From: Tubulanus polymorphus
Taxonomy: Eukaryota > Animalia > Nemertea
Reading direction: 5' to 3'
Length of the DNA: 64,000 nucleotides
Assembly (NCBI RefSeq): GCF_964204645.1
Contig: NC_134026.1
Span: 2,193,950 to 2,257,949, forward strand
Of this stretch, positions 57,923-64,000 are shown one piece after another (position 1 is the first letter of the stretch; every line of letters begins with the position of its first letter). The notes under the pieces were generated by a model. The model was given only the letters and a program-made list of their open reading frames with translations, did no database searches and was not told where the DNA came from. The position numbers and the translations under genes were made by a program.

Positions 57923-59029
57923 GTATGAAACTGTATTGTTGTAGATTTTCGCTGTGATTCCGGAAAATATAGAAATAATTTTTATCAGGGAAAAATGGTT
58001 ATTATTATGTTTGCCCATTTCCCCGATAAAAATTAATACTATATTTTCCGGGAAAATGCAGGAAATTTGGATGGTGATGAATTGTGGTCCCCCTGGTATT
58101 GTCTTACTTAACGTACAGTTATCTGAACACTGGGCCCTGAACAGTCTGGTTTTACTAGGATGAAATGGAACAGCTGGTTTTTCAAAATATTGAATTTCAA
58201 ATGGACCTATGAGTGAATCTTTTTATATACTTGTGACTAGACAACGCGGTTCCAATTCTAAAAAACTACAGAATTCTATTGTCTATTGCGCTTTTAACCT
58301 CATTCATATTTTGAATCGCAGAGAAACCATTTCGCTCCAATTCAGACGAGTTTTCGCCCCACAGCCAGAATGTTCACACTGTGGGAAACAGGAATCAATC
58401 CATGAATTTATTTTCAATTAGCGCAGGTATAAAAGCCTCTCGGACGCGGATTTCTATAAATACTGATTCAAGCAGCGGATATTGATATTTTTCTACGTTA
58501 ATGGGTTTTAATGTTACAAGTATATATGATGTTAATTCTACTTTCTGTGAGTGATTTTATAATCGCTTTGAATGAAAGTATATCAAGTGAATAAGTGAGA
58601 GAACAATTTGATGAATTGAGGATGTAAAAATTGCCATTGAGACCCGAGAACTCCCCCTCCTATTCTGAATTTGTGGATCAACCCCATTGACCAAAATCAG
58701 AGGGGGCACTTACACCGGAAAAGTCAGGGAATTTTGTAATAAAGTTAAAAATATCAGGAAGATTGTTAGATCGCGTATATAATCAAACAGTTCCCGTCTA
58801 TGTGCATGTCAGGGAATAGTCAGGGGAAAAGCAAGTGAAATATAAGTGTCTGTGTCCAGTTTAACTGTCATTGATATCTGACAATCTGCAGACTGACCTC
58901 AAAGATGTGAGGAGAGTTGATGAAATATTCACGTAGATTGCTTCATTTATTGCACGTTAATCAGAAATGAATTTCAATCAGTCGTGGGGAACGATCAATA
59001 AGACTTTGAATACCTCGGTCTCAGTACTG

Positions 59030-59892
59030 CTCGCATGGTTGTTAGTTCGATAAACTATTCACAGGTGGCAGTGGCGTAAGCATACGTTAACCAAACTTAA
59101 TTCAATACTTTATAAAATATCTTTCAATTTATTTCTAAGGGATAAATTTAAGAGCCCTTGGTTATCATATATAAAGAAAACTTTTGATGACTGTGGTTTG
59201 TCCTGCATTTGGACGCAGCAATTCATGACTAACAGTAAATCTTTTTCAAAACGAATAAAACAGATACTCCGTGACCAGCACCTTCAAGAAACTGTATCTG
59301 CCATAAATACTAATCCGATATACACTAACTTTAGGCAATATAAAAATGATATTAGGTTAGAGAAGTATATAATAGAACTTGGTGATGACTTAGGAACTAG
59401 TTTATTTGAATTAAGGGTCGGATCCTATATTTTACATGTGAACAAATTTTCAAACCTTCATTTAAACAGAGCCGATAGAGTATGCCCCACTTGTTTAGTT
59501 GACGAATCCCAATTTCTGTTTGACTGTACCTTACTTAACGAACCCCGCAAAAACTATTTGAATCTGAATACCTTTAATACCCTTGATATTTTGAAAAACC
59601 CAACGGTCAACTTAGCTAAATTCATTAAGACCTGGTTAGATGTATATAGATCCCTCCAATAGTATATATAGTATTGTACATAGTTGATGTATATATATTT
59701 CGTTACGTTTTCATTCTCTAAATTTTAATCACTTCAGTGTTGTTTTGTAAATATTTGTATATTCATGTGTAATAGTTTTCCTCCATATACCATGGAAATG
59801 GTTGGAGTGTAAATAAATGGTAATCGTAATCGTAATCGTAATCGTAATCGTAATCGTAATCGTAATCGTAATCGTAATCGTAATCGTAATCG
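59030..59892 (+). mobile_element. 5'-truncated non-LTR retrotransposon (3' end of ORF2, RTEX-like by inference) with (GTAATC)n tail
   Basis: ORF 59198-59662 ends with the decayed Cys knuckle RVCPTC..DESQFLFDC typical of LINE ORF2 C-termini; then a 3'UTR, AATAAA (59812) and 12 GTAATC units (59820-59891). Confidence 0.8.
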
Positions 59893-59993
59893 AGATTTAT
59901 AGAATTCTTTGTCGTAGGAATTAAAAAGAGGCGTCTCCACCATTGTTTGCTTCTATGGACGAAAACTTTTCTTTAATTCTCAAACTTTTAACT

Positions 59994-60077
59994 CATCATC
60001 TGTCTGATCCTCTGTCTGATCCTCTGTCTGATCATCTGTCTGATCCCCTGTCTGATCATCTGTCTGATCCTCTGTCT
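59994..60077. repeat. 12-bp tandem repeat (TCTGTCTGATCM)n, ~6-7 copies
   Basis: Directly visible. Confidence 0.92.
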
Positions 60078-61781
60078 CTTGCGTCTGTTGTATATATTTC
60101 ATGATCAGTAAGTTTTGAATTAATCAGAGATAGTTAAATGTCCTAATGGGATGATATTTGAATAGTTCAGTGTTATCGAGCGGTCATTAGTTTCTCGTTG
60201 TCAGGTGCTATGAACTGTTGGTTTTAGTGTTTCTATTGTGTCAGTCCGTGGTCCGTGGTCCGAGGATATTTAACGACTGCTCGGCTAATATTAGTTTAAT
60301 CACTACCGCTGTACTGATGTTCAACTGAGTTCGATATCGATGCCTCGCGCTAAGCTACGTAGACCATTTCTATCTCCGCTGGGTCCGAGGTTAAATCGAA
60401 CCTCTTAGATCTACTTCACGTTTATATGGTCGACTGACGCGCCATTTGCGATAATTTACCCGGTAAGAGGTATAATGTAGTACGGTTACTATTTGCTGTA
60501 GCTGAAGAAGTTGATAAGTTGATTTCAAGATCTCTTCAACCACTGACACTACTAGCATTCAGTATCACAGCTAATCCACTCACTCCTTATATCTAATGGA
60601 CTGCATTGGAAGCTCGTTGTGTTATGGTTACAGATGTCCGTCCGTTTATCCGCTGTCATTTCTATAGTCTATAGCAACGATAAAAACAATAGTGACCGCA
60701 AACAGGAAAGATCATATGATTGACACAGGTCCAGTGTATCGATCTGATATTGATGCAATTCATACAACACTTTACGTCGGTCTCATCTCTCATTCAACTG
60801 TGATCTTTCAGTTCTATTGATATTTATTTCTACGGCAGATGACATTTTCTCTCGTATATTAAAGAACTATATGTATCAATATATGCATCTGTAGATTTTC
60901 TATTGAGCTTTCATCGGTCTCTGGCTGGGATTAGTAGAATCTGTCACCTGGTTCCTTCTCCCTCCAACTGAGTTACAATAGGCTCTTCAGCCTACTGTCA
61001 GTCAACCGGAATCCCACCTGACAATAAGGCACCAATTTCATTACCTAATCTTCGTTATATGGAGTGAAATCCTAAATCCGTGAATAATGAATGAATGAAT
61101 TTAAGCGGTTAAGAAGGTGATTCGATATTGTGTAGGCCCTATAGAGCGATGACTTTCACGCCTCATTTTCATATACTTCCTCAAACACAATTAAAAACCA
61201 GTTAGAAAAAGTTGTCGTGACAAATTTCATTTCACGCTAGTGTTTAATTAACGTTTTATGTTAATAACGCGTGTTAATTACTATAGTCAGTAGGGCTTTG
61301 AGTAATGATTGGTGAACATGTATTGTTTATTGATTGCGCCGGTGTAGTTGTGAACCTTCACTTCATGTTGTTCAGTATTTACGGTGCAGTGTGTGGTGTA
61401 TATGTGCGTATGACTGGCTAGCGGTAGCACGCACGTACCGTATGCGGGGCAGTTCTATCATTCTCCGCTGCCGCCGCGAGCCGCGATATTCGATTCACGA
61501 TCCGGGCGGCCGATGTTGCCGTCATCGTCGTACATCATCGACAGGATTTGATATCGTGAAAAACATCGCTATCGTAAACAGATCTCAGCGCGGTGTTTGA
61601 TATATATTACAAGTTTTAAAACGATGCGTAACTCGTGATAAACTTGAAAGGCTTGTCTATGACTTGTCAATGCGTGGTTGGATTATTTTACGGCAAATGT
61701 GCGTTCAATTTGTTAATTTATTCAGTGTTTTTGTCGCGTTTATTGAAATAATTTTCGTCGTGATTTGCTCGGAATTAAATA

Positions 61782-61829
61782 ATGATGAAATGGTCATTAA
61801 AACCAAAAGAACATCAACATTTAAAGAAG
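61782..61829 (+). other. Putative alternative first coding exon of TTC28 (or of a nested gene)
   Basis: ATG ATG AAA TGG..AAG AAG|GTAAGT: consensus donor, 16 codons, phase 0, downstream of a CpG-rich patch at 61330-61600. Confidence 0.45.
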
Positions 61830-64000
61830 GTAAGTTGGATTTCGACCGCTGGTTATAAGAGCTGTAGTTGTTAGTAATAATTGATTCTAAATGTTTACTA
61901 TTGAACTGCGCTGCGGCGCTGTCAATATTTAATCAGTTCCCGATCAATTTACAAATGCAAATTCGTTATCAATAACTAATCTGAAGGAAGGTAGTTTTTG
62001 AAATCTTTAAATGGATGACCGGAGTTAGATTCTGTGTAGCACTTGATGTTGTTCAGTTTACATGGGAGAACTCTCAGTTTTCACGGTTAGACTTGGTAAT
62101 TCTCGTGTACTATTTGAAAGTCTACGTTCTAATGCCTCTTTTCATTTTATTCGAGACATTTTCAATATCATCCATGTAACGGTGGTTCTTTTGGCATTTC
62201 ACAAAACTCTTTGGAGGATCTGAGTCGTTATATTTCTGATTCCACCTGGGTCCAGGTGATCGCTTAAACGTGATGATACTGTGTCTCTAGGAGTCCTATA
62301 GATATAAATCCACCTGGTCCAGGTGATTACTCACTCAAACCTCTTCATATAATAATAAGGCAGTGTCTTCAGGCTGTATAGGCAATTGTCAGAGAAAATG
62401 TAGCTCGGTTCATGTAAATATAAAGCTTATATCTACAGAAACTTGTATTACTAGACCTCGGGTTATCGTTTGTATAATCCGATTAAAATCAATTCAAATA
62501 AAACTGAAGGTCTTTCTCATTTATGTCGGTATTAAAGACGTTCGACCAAACAAAAGTATTTTTAGTTGATTAAGACCACATATAAGTGGATGGATGTTCA
62601 AGGGGTTTAGTGTTGGACCTGGTTATTTTCGACATAATCGCATTGAATGTATTTGTGTTGAACTCAAACTTTATCTTCTAGTTTAGTTTAAAAGTACAGA
62701 AATGTGAATCTTAAGTCCATAACTTTCTGGAATTACGAAGAAGTATAGATTGACTTAGGCTATAGTTAAATACTAAAAGATTCATTTTTAGTTCGTTGGC
62801 TATTTTCCCTTGAATATTTTTCAACTCAGTTTTTATTCTTATAACTCTCTGCCATTCAATTTTCTCATGTTTTTTCTTTGATCCATGAATCACTTGGTGA
62901 ATTCTTCGCTAATGGCCGCGGAAAATGCACCATATTTCATCGTAAATGACAAAGAAGACAAAATTATAGGCTCGATTTTAGTGCATGCGTTGTCTTTGTC
63001 TTGTACAATGTTTTATGTTGACATCACCAGGCATTGTTCCCCCCATATGACTATACACCTCTGGGGTTGAATCATACCGTGTTTTCATAGTGTATACGCG
63101 TGAAAAATCTGTTTCAAGCTTGAAATATTTGCAGTTTTAATATATATATATATATATATATATAATGAATTATGATAATAATGCACTGTTGTCTTCATGT
63201 GTACGGTGTGAATGTCTGCGATTTTAATTTTCATGTCTCGTTAATTCAAATTCACACTGATTTTGATGGTAGTTTTGTTTCCCGCGGTGAAAATTTTCCA
63301 TATTAGAAATCTTTAGAAGTAATTTCTGTTTCTGTTTCTGTTTCCCTCATTGTGTCCTCAATTTTCTGTCAATGCGGATGGAACGAACACATATTTGTTG
63401 TGGGAGTTTAATTTCCAATCTGCAATCTTGATTTTCCTTGGTCATTGTATGACTGGTAGTGGCCATTTTGCAGCTTTTTTTTCTAACTAGCTCAAATTGC
63501 TGGTAAACCTTTTTCATATCGCTGCAATGATGTTATAAAGATGGAAAGTAATCAGATTCCATGGAGACAATCTGTTAACCTCTAGAAAGGAGAGAGCTTC
63601 ACAATATGTGATCAAGCGTTTCGTCCTGCTCTCCACATGTGTTCACAGTAACAACTTATTATCAGAAGAGAGAGAAACTGCTGTCATCATCAACTCCGTT
63701 CTTCTTCAGAGCTTGGAGTAATCATTTGTCAAATGATTACTCCAAGTTCAGCGCTTTCCGGATCGACACGATGTACCAACAAATTCATCGTGGTGCACAT
63801 ATGATTGAGATTGCCGGGCAGCTCCTGCTGGTAGCTAGCTCATTATTCACGTTGGGACAGTATTTAACTGTAGTACTTACATAATATTAGATACTGTGTT
63901 AGTGCATGGACATATAAACTAGATTTATACGTCCATGGTTAGTGGTAGATAGATTTTTTTCAGTACCGTACTTGGGCGTGATGAGTGGAAATATAAACCC

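Noticed and set aside
57557-58018. 153-aa minus-strand ORF
   Set aside because: Antisense shadow of the TTC28 exon.
59734-59943. Poly-(RL) ORF
   Set aside because: Antisense reading of the (GTAATC)n tail.

Overview
AT-rich, intron-dense eukaryotic DNA from an invertebrate animal (lophotrochozoan-like by inference; species cannot be fixed from sequence alone). Genes were reconstructed by hand from GT-AG exons. In order: PAQR/membrane progestin receptor (-), GPI-type matrix metalloproteinase (+), a Domeless/gp130-like cytokine receptor that appears pseudogenised (-), Rab10 (-), tRNA-Cys(GCA) (-), WDR63/DNAI3 with an RFX X-box (+), SLC38A9 (-), phosphoglucomutase (+), GALE (-), and the 5' part of TTC28 (+). 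The intact genes form four head-to-head pairs. Introns and intergenic DNA hold many MITEs, a truncated non-LTR retroelement and microsatellites. The most unexpected signal is an 89-nt Pol III-like unit (A box, B box, TTTT, paired ends, vault-RNA-like rather than tRNA-like fold) inside the 278-bp SLC38A9/PGM bidirectional promoter. Other points of interest are tail-to-tail PGM-GALE adjacency, the dead Dome-like receptor, a start-stop overlapping uORF in PAQR and a probable internal TTC28 promoter. All homology calls are from recognised motifs, not database searches.
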